The notes under the pieces: model-generated
Databases searched by the model: none
Seen by the model: the letters and a program-made list of their open reading frames with translations, nothing else
What the model was told of the DNA's origin: nothing
Program-made: the position numbers and the translations under genes
Shown here: positions 27,467 through 39,649 of the stretch, piece by piece
Layout: every line of letters begins with the position of its first letter
Numbering within the stretch: the first letter of the stretch is position 1
Origin: Torpedo marmorata
Lineage: Eukaryota
Direction of reading: 5' to 3'
Length of the DNA stretch: 64,000 nucleotides
NCBI GenBank assembly: GCA_977017645.1
Contig: OZ360230.1
Location: forward strand, 85,498,001 to 85,562,000

Positions 27467-27507
27467 CATACTTTGATGAAGGGCTCAAGCCTGAAACGTC
27501 AGTTATG
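27467..27507 (+). ncRNA. Minimal hammerhead-ribozyme-like motif (copy C)
   Basis: UUGAUGA-A-GGGC UCAA GCCU-GAAAC-GUC, with the palindromic ACGU retained. Confidence 0.6.
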
Positions 27508-27516
27508 TATTTCTAC

Positions 27517-28389
27517 TGTTACAAAATCAAACCAGCAACGACAGAAGACGCAATGCAAAAGGGGTAAAATTGAAATTATTATTTATTAAACACAAGTAAA
27601 CATATAATTTCACAACAATTAACCTCACTATAAACGTCTATAAACTCTATTCTTATCTAAAAGGTGTGTGTGTGTGTAAAGCCCAGACCATTATGTAAAA
27701 ATGGAAAAACTTTCCCCAAAAACCCCAGGTCAGTCATTAAAAAAACAAGTCAGTCAAAAAAACAAAAGACTAATTCAGTCCACAAGATTCACTCTCTAAG
27801 TTCAGGCTTCAATTCAGCTCTGGGTCTGGTAGAAGTACTTCTGAATGAACGTTGGAGAGAGACAATGACTGTTATGCTTACAAATACTTGTTTTCTTCTC
27901 TGATGACGCCCCCTTCTTGTAGGTTCATAAGGATTGCAAGTTCCAGATCAGTATACCACTGATTTAGGCGTATGCTTGAATCTCACAGCTAGTCTCGCTG
28001 ATCTCACGCCTGTTCTCCACAGAAGTTGCTTTTCCTCAGAATTTCTCTGAGACAGGAGGCCATGTGCTATTTTGTCAGTCTTTCTCTGACTTTTGCACAC
28101 GCCTGGATTTGGCTGTGTCTTGTAGCCTTGCAACTCACAACTGTGTCTGCTTTGCAGAGATCTGCCCCTGCTTTTTGCAGAAGTGAAACAAATGTATCTT
28201 GTCCAGGCTGTCTCTGTCTCTCTCTCTCTGTCTGGGTACACCAAGAGTGCAACAATGTATCTTGTCTGGGTACACCAAGTAGCTGGGGAAGTTAACTCTT
28301 TCAGTACCTGGCCCCAGTGTATACTCCAAAAGACTTCATCCTTCCTGCTGACCGTCCGCAGTCCAAATGGTCAGTCATGGTCCATAACA
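27517..28389 (-). mobile_element. Solo LTR of the Gmr1-like Gypsy family, inserted into a Penelope pLTR
   Basis: TGTT...AACA termini; CTAC TSD; the Penelope sequence resumes (atttctac|ctttgctac). Confidence 0.93.
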
Positions 28390-30669
28390 CTACCTTTGCT
28401 ACATAAAAGACACTGTCTGACCTGCTGAGCTTCTCCAGCATTTGTGTTTTTTACTTCAACCATGGTGTCTACAGATTTTCGTGATTTACTTCATGACAAT
28501 GTGTTAAATTGGATCAGCAAGTTTGCAGATGACACTAAGATTGGAGGTGTTGTGGACAGCGAAGAAGGTTTTCAAAGCTTGCAGAGGGATCTGGACCAGC
28601 CTGAAAAATGGCAGATGGAATTTAATGCAAACAAGTGTGAGGTGTTGCATTTTGGCAGAACAAACCAAGAAAGGACATACACGGTAAATGGTAGGGCACT
28701 GAGGTGTGCGGTAGAACAGAGGGATCTGGGAATACATATACATAATTCCCTGAAAGTGGTGTCACAGGTGGATAGGGTTGAAAAGAGAGCTTTTGGCATA
28801 TTGGCCTTCATTAATCAAAGTATTGAGTACAGGAGTTGGGATGTTATGTTAAAGTTGTATAAGACATTGGTGAGGCCAAATTTGGAGTATTGTGTGCAGT
28901 TTTGCTCACCTAACTACAGGAAAGATATCAATAAAATAGAAAGAGTGCAGAGAAGATTTACTTGGATGTTGCCCAGACTTCAGGAACTGAGTTACAGGGA
29001 AAGGTTAAACAGGTCAAGACTTTATTCCCTGGAGCGTAGAAGAATGAGGGGAGATTTGATAGAGGTACCTGTATTTAAAATTATGAGGGGGATAGACAGA
29101 GTAAACGTAGGTAGGCTTTTTCCACTGAGGGTAGATGAGATACAAACCAGAGGACATGGGTTAAGAGTGAAAGGGGAAAGTTTAGGGGGAACATGAGGGG
29201 GAACTTCTTCAAACAGAGAGTGGTGGGGGTGTGGAACGAGCTTCCAGCTGAAGTGGTGAATGTGGGCTCAATTTTAACATTTAAGAGGAATTTGGACAAG
29301 TACATGGATGGGAGAGGTATGGAGGGCTATGGACTGGGTGCAGGTCAGTGGGACTCGGCAAAAAAAAAAATGGTTTGGCACAGACTAGAAGGGCCAAAGA
29401 GGCCTGTTTCTGTGCTGTAATGTTCTATGGTTCTATGACCACCCACTACGATCAACATAAATAATTTATCAACTACCCTGGGAAATAGTGACCAGCTCCA
29501 AATATTTAAAATATTTTCTAAGCTGGTAAATAGTGAATAAGCAGAGATTTATGACGGAAGAATTTAAAGCACAAAGCAAGGGAACCAGTACAAAAACAAA
29601 ATTAATGCAAAAGGAACTGTTGGCTTTTTTTTCCCCAAGAGAATAGGAAGTTATGCTGCAGCTGCAGAGATGGTCAGATCCCACCTGGCCTCCTGCAATT
29701 AGTTCTGTACACTGCACCTCAGAATATACTGCTGCGGACCATACAGTACTTTCTCACCAGAATTATATCGCACAAAAGACAGCATTTGAACTTGCGTTTG
29801 TCCTTGCTTTTAAAACAAGTAGTCGAATCACTGCCTTTCTCAGCTCTCTCCAAATAGTCTTGCAAATTCTTATTGAATCTGGTTCCATCACTTTACTTGC
29901 GAGTTTGTTTTATATTCCAAACTGTTGCAGTATTGAGTGAAATGCCTATTAAAAGTCCATTTACACACTGGTTTCACTAGTTAAATTAATCCTTGCATCA
30001 AGGTTAGTCAAATACATTTTTTCCTTAAGTGTACAAAATGTTATTGATTTTTATTGTCTAATTAATTATGTTCCACAATAATGCCAATAAAATGTTCTGA
30101 TTTTTAAGCTAAAGGCCTTTCATTGCCAAGTTTACATTTCACCTGCTCTTTTTGAATGAGAGTCTAATATATGTAATCCTCCAGTTCCATACCCGAAGAA
30201 TTATCAACAAAGCTTCAATTTCAATTTTATTTACCTTAGTAACATTGGATAGATCCCATCCAGATCATGTGCCAGACCTTTGATCTAGTAACTTTAATTA
30301 TTTTTACGATTGCTTCACGTATTTATTTTAAAAATTTTTGGATATGCTATTCTTTTTTAAAAAAAATTTTATGGACTGTCTTTGCCCCTCAAATGACAAC
30401 TGAATTATGAACGCAACATTTAAAACAAAAAATACACCATACAACTCATTAAGATACATATACGATTCACTAAGATCATGGCATCAGTCCATTCATTTTC
30501 ACAACCCATCTCCATATTCGCACAGGTCCAAAACCAATCTGTCTTGAATATGCTCAACTACAGTCACTGTTTGCAGGATAAAGAATTACAATGATTCTTC
30601 ATCCCCCATTGAAGGAATTTCTTCAGAACTCACTTCGAAATGGATGACTCCCCACCAACTCCAAACTCT

Positions 30670-31450
30670 CCAGAAGTTTATCATCTGATTGTACAAGTAC
30701 AACCCAATGAAACAGTGTTCTGTGGTCCTCGGTGCAAAAACGTGCAAACACACATCCAGACAAATGATATATATGCAGTATGTATATACATAAATAAATA
30801 TTGTTTAGTAAATAGTACAGTCTCAGAGGGTTTGTATGAGCAGTCCATTCAGTTGTTCAGCAGTCTCAGTCCATGGGAAGAAGCTGTTTCTCAGCCTGGT
30901 GGTTCTGGCTCTGATACTCCTGTATCTCTTTCCCGACGGGAGTAGCTGAAAGATGCTGTGTGCGGGGTGGTAAGGGTCCTCAACGATTTTGCAAGCCCTC
31001 TTCAAACAATGATCCTAGTAAATCACGTCGATTGGGGTTGGGGGTGGGGGGGGGGGGGAAAGTGAGACCCTAGTGATCCTCTCTAACGCTTTTATGGTCC
31101 TGTGGATTGACCTCCGATCCAATCCTCTGCAGCAACCGTACCACACTGTGATCCAGCCGGCCAAGATTCTCTCGATAGAGCTTCTGTAGAAAGTTGACAG
31201 GATGGTGGTCAGTAGCCTTGCCCGCTCAGGAAGTGCAGTCGCTATTATGCCTTCCTGACAAGTGAAGAGATGTTGTGTGTCCAGGATAGGTCACTTCTTA
31301 AGTGGATTCCAAGGAACTTGGTGCTCTCTACTGTCTCCACCACTGAGCTATTAATGTGTTGTGGAGGGTGGTCGTCCCTGGTCCTCCTGAAGTCCACAAT
31401 CATCTCCTTCATCTTGTCCACATTGAGACTCAGGTTGTTATTCTCGCACT
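30670..31450 (-). mobile_element. Rex1/Babar 3' fragment
   Basis: ORF 30823 has DPYHPAH..LLPSGKRYRS..RLRNSFFP. Confidence 0.85.
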
Positions 31451-32040
31451 ATATCACAAGATATGGGTTATCGAGATATGAGAAGAAATAGGCTCTGAGG
31501 GATTGACAAGCTATGAGCAATTTTGTTTCCATGAGATCACCTGTTGTTCTTGCAAGATTACAATTAAGGCCAACTTTCCAAACATTGTCATCATTACTTG
31601 GGTGTCCTTGCATCTTAATCTTTTGGAACTTGTATACAATATCTCTACATTGCACTGAATACCAACTTTACTTTCAATCTTACCTAAAGAGTTCTACCTT
31701 TCCTGTCAACAGAAGTATTTTCAAATTTTCCCACAATGGACAAGAAGTTCAATTAATTTACATTTTTTGTCCATAGCGATTTATGTTTTTGTTTAAGTCC
31801 CTGGAGGGGTCATTAAACCTACATCTGTGAGAGTGAAGATTGCATGAAGGGTATGAAACCCTCTCCACCATGATTCAGCCTCAGCAGCTTTGATCTGATG
31901 ACTGGACAGAGGCTGGGTTTTCTCACTTATCATACTATGAAGGAAATTAGCCACAGACTTACCCCTTCAGCAAACATGGAAAGATACGTGTGAATAACTG
32001 GACTATATTAATACCAAGATAAAACTAAACAGCTCCTTAC

Positions 32041-32122
32041 CGCATGAATAATATCCAACATGTCATATGCCTTTGTAGATTCAAGGGGAACCAATGTATC
32101 CAAACTTGGTACCAACCGGTCA
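32041..32122 (-). CDS. PCCB: PCCB exon (exon 9 equivalent), [27 protein letters not shown]
   Basis: cgtaaAG acceptor and GTAAGG donor; 82 nt; phase 2 to phase 0 fits. Confidence 0.93.
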
Positions 32123-32449
32123 CTTTACGAACAGAAAAGGGCAAACATTTACTTTCTTATAATTTGTCAATCATTTATGATTATGGTGGTAAATTCATGC
32201 TTCAATCATAGGTATGTCAATGGTCGTGGATAAGCAGCTGAAGTTTTACACAAGGATTATAAAAAAAGAATTGCGTGCATCTACCCAAATTTGCAATTTC
32301 AGAAAGTTATGTCTCTGAACCTAGATTGCTTTCTAACATTTATTCATTTGTTCTTTTAAAAAGTGTTTAACTTCACATTAAATTGCACTTTCACACATGA
32401 ATATCTTTCCTAAATGTTCTCACGGTTGTTCATTCAACTTCCTATTTTT

Positions 32450-32595
32450 GTACAAATAAAAATACTGAAGTTGCTAGAAATCTGAAATAAAACAGAAGAT
32501 GCCAGAAACCCTCAGCAACCAACTGTGGAAAGAGAAATGGTCAGAAACAGCTGCTTGGCCTGCTGAGTTTTTCCAGCACATTTTGTTTTATTTCT
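32450..32595. mobile_element. Short inverted Penelope pLTR remnant
   Basis: ..gatgccagaaaccctcagc..ctgctgagtttttccagcac.., inverted pLTR ends. Confidence 0.5.
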
Positions 32596-33719
32596 TGCTT
32601 GCATTAACAGCAAATTTGGAGACAGACATTATCTGTACCCAAAAAGATCTTTCTACAAGGGATACAAGTGCGTCCAACATTGTATTCCTAAGGCGCACAA
32701 CTGCCAATCCTACCTACCATAATCCTACTTACCATAACACCCTTCACATCATGACCAGCTACACTCCTAGACTTCATACTACACCAGATTCAAATAATTG
32801 TGCCACATTCCAAGTTTTCAAAATAACTTTCTTCAGAACATCAATAAGCTCTGCCTATAAAATGGGTACTTCAAAAATGTTATTAGATCACTCAAACTTT
32901 ATATGGTTACTGCTCTTAACTGACAAATTTCTACAATTGAACAATGGAAACCAAATATTTACCTTCAACAATCCTGTCCCTTTCCAAAACAAAAACAGAC
33001 AAGTCTTTAAAAAATTGGTCCAAGAAAAACCCATTCTTATTTTTCTCACCATAGCCCGCCCCATCTTGTTCTAGCCTTTCATATAGCTACATTCTCGTGC
33101 TCCCATTTTAGACTCAATAAAGGGTCCCGACCAGAATGTTTGTTGGACAAGCCAGTAACTCAACATTTTCAGCAGTATAAACATTAGAATAATTAACTCC
33201 TTGCCCAAAAATATAAAAACACTTGGATTTTGTGTTGTGTTCTGTAACTTAACACTGGTGTTACACGTTGAAAGCAAAGTCTCAATAATTTGGAAACACA
33301 AAACTATAACATGGATTCAAGTTTGTCCAAAATTATTAGCCTGAATAAAAAATTGACCACCATTATATTTTGCAAATTTATTAATATTACTGAGTGAATA
33401 ATTATGCAGCTATAAAACATCAATATTAGACAAATCTTAGTTTTAAAAAAATGGACGATGGTTCGCTGCAACATTTCTTGCCGTTTGGTAAGGGTGCAGA
33501 ATTTAATAATGACCACTGGATGGCAGCCGTTCTTTTAACTGGTGAGAGCACCATATCATCACTTTCTGCAGAAAGTTTGCTTGCAGCCACACGAGGGCAG
33601 AGTTGCACATTTAAAGAGTTCGCATAAATTCAACATGCATGCTTGTGCCACATTAAAGTAAATATTAAATTTTATTGTTTAAACATGAAACTTCAGTAAG
33701 GGAGGGTGAAGTCAGACAG

Positions 33720-36700
33720 TTGGATAGTGTGAGTGGACTCAGTGGTCAGTGGGGGCTGATAGGAAATCTGTGGCTGTAAACGAGACTCCAGGATGGTATG
33801 TTATCTCCTGGGTGCAAGAGTTAAGGATGTCTTGGAGCAACTGCAGGAATTCTGAAATGGGGAGGGTGAACAGGCATATGTCATGGTACATGTAGGTACA
33901 AATGGGATGAAGTCCTCCTACACACTGAATTCAGGAAGTTAGGAGGTAAATTTAAAAAGTAGTACCACAACAGTTGCATTGCTACCTGTACACATGCTAG
34001 TCAGAAGAGGAATAGTAGGATAGTTAAAATGAATACAGTACATGGCTTCTGCAGTGGTGTACGAGGGATTCTGATTCCTGGATCATTGGGGCCAGTTTTA
34101 GGAGAGGTGGGACAGGTAAAAGCCAGATAGTCTAGATCTGGGCAGGGCCAGAATCAATGTCGGGGGGCAGGGTGGGTGTTAGTGCTGCTGGGCAGGCCTT
34201 AAACTAATATGGCAGGGTTATGGGAATCTATGCAGGGAGACAGAGGGATAAGAATGGAGACAGTAGCAATAGTAAGAAAAAAAAAAGTAAAATAGGGCTG
34301 AAAAATCCAAAGCAAGGACCAAAATGGGCCACTTTGCAGTTTAATTCCAAAAAGTCAATGGGTACTTAAAAAAAAAACATGCCTGAAGGTTCTTTGTCTC
34401 AATGCAAGTAGCATTTGCAATATAGTGGTGAACTAACAGCAGATATAGCTGTGAACTGCTATAACAGAATGGAATTAGAGATGAGGCTCCAGGGTGGGGA
34501 ACTTAATATTCAAGGGTACTCAACATTTAGGAAGGATGGACTGAAAGGAAAAGGAAGCGGTGTAGCATTGCTCATTAAAAAGGCCAATGAAACCATAAGG
34601 AAGGACATAAGCTACATCATGTGGAATCAGTACAAGTCAAGTTGTGGAACACCAGAGGGCAGAAAACTAGTGGAGTGGTGTACTGACCACCAGAGTAGTA
34701 GTGAAATTGGGGATGGCATCAAGCAAGCAATAAGAGAAGCATGCAATAAAAGGTACAGCAGTTATCAGGGGTGACTTTAATATGCAAGTAGATTAGGAGG
34801 ACAAAACGTGTAGCAACACAGTAGAGGAGGATTTCCTCCACCAATACGTTGAGGAATCAACTAGAGAGCAGGCAATACTCGACTAGGTGTTGTGCAATGA
34901 GGCAGGGTTAGTTGGCCATCCTGTTGTGGGAGGTCCCTTGGGGAAGAGTGACCACAATATGGTGAAGTTTTTCATTAGGTTGGAGATTGACACCATTAAT
35001 TCAGAGACTTGTGTCCAGAACTGAAAGAAAGGTAACTATGATGATATGAGGCATGAATTGGCCAAGATAGATTGACAAAATACACCTAATGGTTGATGTT
35101 AGACAATGGCAGGTATTAAAGATCATGTGGAGGAATTTCAAAAGTTGTACATCCTTGTTTACTGTAAAAATAAAACAGGGAAGGCAGATCAGCCGTGGCT
35201 AACAAAGGAAATCAGAGATAAAGGTAAAACCAAAGAAAGGTCATATAAATTGGCTATGAAAAGCAACAAACCTTTGGACTGGGGTAAATTTAGAATTCAG
35301 CAGAGGAAGACAAAGATCAACTTAGAAGGGGGAAAAATAAGAGTACGAGGGATACTTGCAGGGAACACAAAATGAGACTGCAAAAGCTTCTATAGAGGTA
35401 TGCAAAAAGAAAGACCTATTAAAGCAAATTAAGGTTGCCTGTCGTCAGAATCAGATTTCATAATGGGAGGCAAGGAAATGGCAAACCAGTTGAATAGCTT
35501 CTTTAGTTCGGTCTTTCCCAAGATTCACGTAACAATCCAGGAATGCTTGGGATCCAAGGAATTGGCAGAAATTGTTATCAGACATGAAATTGAGTTGGGT
35601 AAATTGGTGGTGTTGAAGATCAATAAATCCCTAGGACCTGATACTCTGCATCCCAGAGTACTTAAGGAGGTAGTCCTGGAGATTGTGGATGCACTCGTGA
35701 TAATTTTACAATATTCTCGAAACCCTGGGTCAGTTCCTTTGGATTGAAGGGTAGTCAATGTGTAAACACTTTTTTCAGAAAGGAGGAAGAAATAAATCAG
35801 GAAATTATAGACCAGTTAGCCTGACTTATTTATGGGGAAAATGTTTGAGTAAATTATTAAATATGTAATTGCAGCACATTTGAAGAGTGACAGGATTCGT
35901 CTAAGTCATTATGAAATGGAAATCATGCTTGACAAACCATCTAAACCTTTTTTTCCGAATGCAACTAGTAGAATGGACAATGGTGAACCAGTTGACATGG
36001 TGCATTTAGATTTTCAAAAGGCTCATGATAAGATCTCACAATGGTGTGCAAATTTAGAGAACATTGTGTAGGAGGTAATGTATTGATGTGGATAGAAAAC
36101 TGGTTAGCAGACAGAAAGAAAAGAGTGGTAATAAATGGGTCCTTTTCAGATTGGCATGTGGTTTTACTGGTGGGGTACCACAAGGCTCAATGCAGGGACC
36201 TCAACTATTTACTATACATGTATATATTAATGATCTAGACAACGGAATTGTCTGTAATATCCCAGTTTGCAGATGATACTAAGCTGGATGGCAGAGTGAT
36301 CTGTGAGGAAGACTCCAAGAAACTGCAGGGTGACTTGGACCGATTAGGAGAGTGGGCAGATGCAATATAATGGTGAAAAACTGCAGCATGCTGTTGTGCA
36401 GAAGGACTTGGGAGTGCTTGTGCACGAATCGCAAAAAGTTGGGTTGCAGGTGCAGCAGGTTATTAAGAAGGCAAATGGAATGTTGGCCTTCATCGCTAGA
36501 GGAAATGAATTCAGGAGTAAGGAGGTAATGTTGCAACTGTACAAGGCACTGGTGAGACCGCACCTGGAGTACTGTGTGCAGTTCTGGTCTCCATATTTGA
36601 GGAAGGACATACTGGGCTTGGAGGCAGTCCAGAGGAGGTTTACTTGGTTGATCCCTGAGATGAAGGGGTTGACTTATGATGAAAGATTAAATCGTCTGGG

Positions 36701-37890
36701 ATTATACTCATTTGAGTACAGAAGAATGAGAGGAGATCTTATAGAAACATATAGAATTATGAAGGGGATGGATAGGATAGAGGTAGGAAAGTTTTTTTCA
36801 CTGGCGGGTGAGACCAAAACTAGGGGACACAGCCTCAAGATTCGGGGGAGTAGATTTAGGACAGAGATGAGGAAAAACAGTTTTTCCCAAAGAGTGGTGA
36901 ATTTGTGGAATTCTCTACCCAGGGAAGCGGTTGAGGCTGCTTTATTGAACATATTTAAGGTTCAGTTGGATAGATTTTTACATAAAAAAGGAATTAGGGG
37001 ATATGGGGAAAGGGCAGGTAGGTGGAGTTAGGTCATTGATCAGATCAGCCACGATCTTATTGAATGGCGGAGCAGGCTCGATGGGCCGGTTGGCCTACTC
37101 CTGTTCCTAATTTCTTATGTTCTTATGACAAATGTGAGGTTATCCATTTTGGAGGCAATATCAGTCAGGCAGCGTATTATCTTAATGGTGACAAATTAAG
37201 AAAGGGAGAGGTGTTACAGTGGAGTCATGGTGCACCAGTCTTTGAAGGTTGGAAGGCAGGCAGTGAAGAAAGCAAATGGCATGTTGACCTTTATAGCAAA
37301 AACTTTTGAATATAGAAGCAGAGAGGTCTTAGTGCAGTTATGTAGGGCCTTGGTAAGGCCACACCTTGTGTGAGGTTTTGGTCTCCTCATCTGAGGATAT
37401 TCTTGCTACTGGGGGGAGTGTTGTGAAGGTTCACCAGACAGATTCCTGGGATGGTAGGACTGATATATAAAGGAAAACTGGATGGACCAGGGATGTACCT
37501 ATGGGAATTTAGAAAGAGGATATCTCAGAAACATAACATTCTGTCAGGACTAGACAGGTTAGATGCAGGAAGAAAGTTCCCAATGTTGGGGGAAGTCCAA
37601 ATCCAGGTCGAAGGATAAGGGGTAAGGCATTTAGGACTGAGATGAGGAGAAACATCTTCCTTCACAGCTGTGAATGTGTGGAATTCCCTACCACAGAAGG
37701 TTGTTGAGGCTAGTTCATTGGATATGTTCAAAAGGGAGTTGGATGTGGCCCTTGTGGCTAAAGGGATCAAGGGTCCTGGAGAAAAAGCAGGAATATGGTA
37801 CTGAGGTCACATGATCATCCTTTATCATATTGAATAGTGGTGCAGGCTCAGTGCTGAATGCCTACTCCTGCATCCATTTTCTAGGATTCC
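33720..37890 (+). mobile_element. Old CR1 LINE with a younger CR1 3' fragment nested at ~36365-37126
   Basis: Degenerate ORF1 and ORF2 motifs; ORF 36360..37031; (TTCTTATG)2 tail. Confidence 0.8.
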
Positions 37891-38758
37891 CATGATCTTG
37901 CAAATAGTTTGTTTTAGATGTTGTAATTCTACTGGAAACCATGATATTTCTATTGAGACTATATTTAGTAAGCTTCTATCCAGAAAACACGCAGACAATC
38001 AGCCACATAATAGAATTAATTCAGTCAGCCCTCAAGCTACTCGAGTAGATCCTGGCTAAACAGCTATACTTACAAGTGTTTCCTACTTTTTCTTGTAAGA
38101 AAAACGATCAACTTCTTTCAACAGAGCACAAAAGTGTGATGCCTACTATAAAGAAGATCCAGTCACTACTCAAATGTGTACTTATGTATAGTAGAGTTGC
38201 ATCAAATGGCCTCTGCAGGCACCTTTGATGACAACGACCATTTTATTTTCAGTAGATTTTCTGAAATTCATTTTCTCAACTTGGTCTATCATACTTGGAC
38301 AAAAACCTGAACAGAATGATGAGCAACCTGAGGGCTGCTCCCATTCTAGTTTCACTGCATGTGTCATCTCAAACTTCTCTCAAAACTAGTAAATAATATT
38401 AATATTGTGGAAAATCTCCCATGGTATTTCTCCAATTAACCCTTTCCTATCCACAGACCTGTCCAAATATATTGTAAATGCTGCAATCGTACCTGCTTTT
38501 ACCACTTCCTCTGGCAGCTTGTTCCATACATCTACTATCCTCTGTAAAGAAAAACTTGCTCCTCGGGTCTCCTTTAAATGTTTCCCCTCTCATCTCTATG
38601 CCCTCTAGTTTGACTGTGACTATCTACCTTAGCTATGCATGATCAAGGTCAATAGAGAGATGCAACTAGAATACTGGGAATTTAGTTTTACAAACAAAAC
38701 CAAAAGGGTGCTTCTGCATTAGAGAGCAAGATAGAGAGAGAGGCATGCTTTTACTCAC

Positions 38759-38879
38759 CATGGATCCTGACATTCTCTTATTGGAGCTGCATCTTTGTTA
38801 TTCAGAGGTATATAATTAAAGAACTCTCTTAAATTCAACAAGGCATCAACATCATCTTCAAAAGCCCTGTGTGCAACAC
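38759..38879 (-). CDS. PCCB: PCCB exon (exon 8 equivalent), [39 protein letters not shown]
   Basis: ttgcAG acceptor and GTGAGT donor; 121 nt; phase compatible with neighbours; overlaps ORF 38755..38943. Confidence 0.95.
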
Positions 38880-39649
38880 CTGCAATAAAAACACTTAGCA
38901 TTACTAAAAATGCCATGCTTAAAATGTTCAATAAGATCGTCAAAGATATATAACATAGTACCTGTGATATTTCATAAGGGTTATTATTACATCAAATTCC
39001 AGTTTTATTGTATCCAATAATTCTTTAATCTAACCAATTACAACAAAGCAGAAAAAGGGTTGATACTGTATCAATTGCACATACAAGAGTCTTAAAATTT
39101 GTGGAGAGACATATTATGCATTCTCTGAAGTTGAAAATTCTTAAGCATGTAAAATGCTTCATCAGTTCAACTTGTTATGTCAGGGTATCTTCTAACTCTG
39201 TATGATTGGCAGGCCTGTGAACATACAAAAATAAATACTGGAACTGTTCTTATGGCCAACATAATAAGCCGCAGCAGCCAAGAAGTTTCTACATTTGAAG
39301 GACAGTGTTAAGGTGAAGCATCAAAGATTGGTCAGGGTTGGAATACTGCAGTTTCATTATTTATTTTATTTTATCTATGTTTTCTAACTAAATGGCATTG
39401 GTTTTATTTTTAATTCAAAAACTGAGTAGAGTTTTCTATTAATTATCTAAAACTAGCATTCTGCACCACCAGACATTTACAGGCAGGGTAATAAAACCCA
39501 ATTTAGATACATGTCTGTGAAATTGTTAATTTATTATAATGCCTATTTTTTTCAGTTCCAAGCTAAATCACCCCCTCCCTCCACTCACAGCAAACTACAA
39601 ATATAAATCTAGCCCAAAGTTTTCTCCCTCTCATTAGACCTTTGAAGTG

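Larger units (their letters stand above)
24201..28492. mobile_element. Penelope-like element cluster: copy A (-) 24203-25450, copy B (-) 25465-26590, copy C (+) 26585-27516 + 28390-28492
   Basis: RT GVAMGT..GPSYA; GIY-YIG endonuclease IYCIRC..LYIGETGRRL..RF.EH; repeated pLTR ends; degenerate TSD atga(t/c)aatgtg. Confidence 0.9.
23870..29440 (+). mobile_element. CR1 ORF2 3' part (23870-24200 + 28493-29440), interrupted by the Penelope cluster
   Basis: PQGSVLGP region to the left; KFADD in ORF 28444 to the right; (TTCTATGG)-like tail. Confidence 0.85.

Noticed and set aside
32706-32737. 15-bp tandem duplication (aatcctac.taccat x2)
   Set aside because: Ordinary slippage; no further structure.
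32499-33074. 191-aa ORF
   Set aside because: Begins in a Penelope remnant, has no domain similarity and is antisense intronic.
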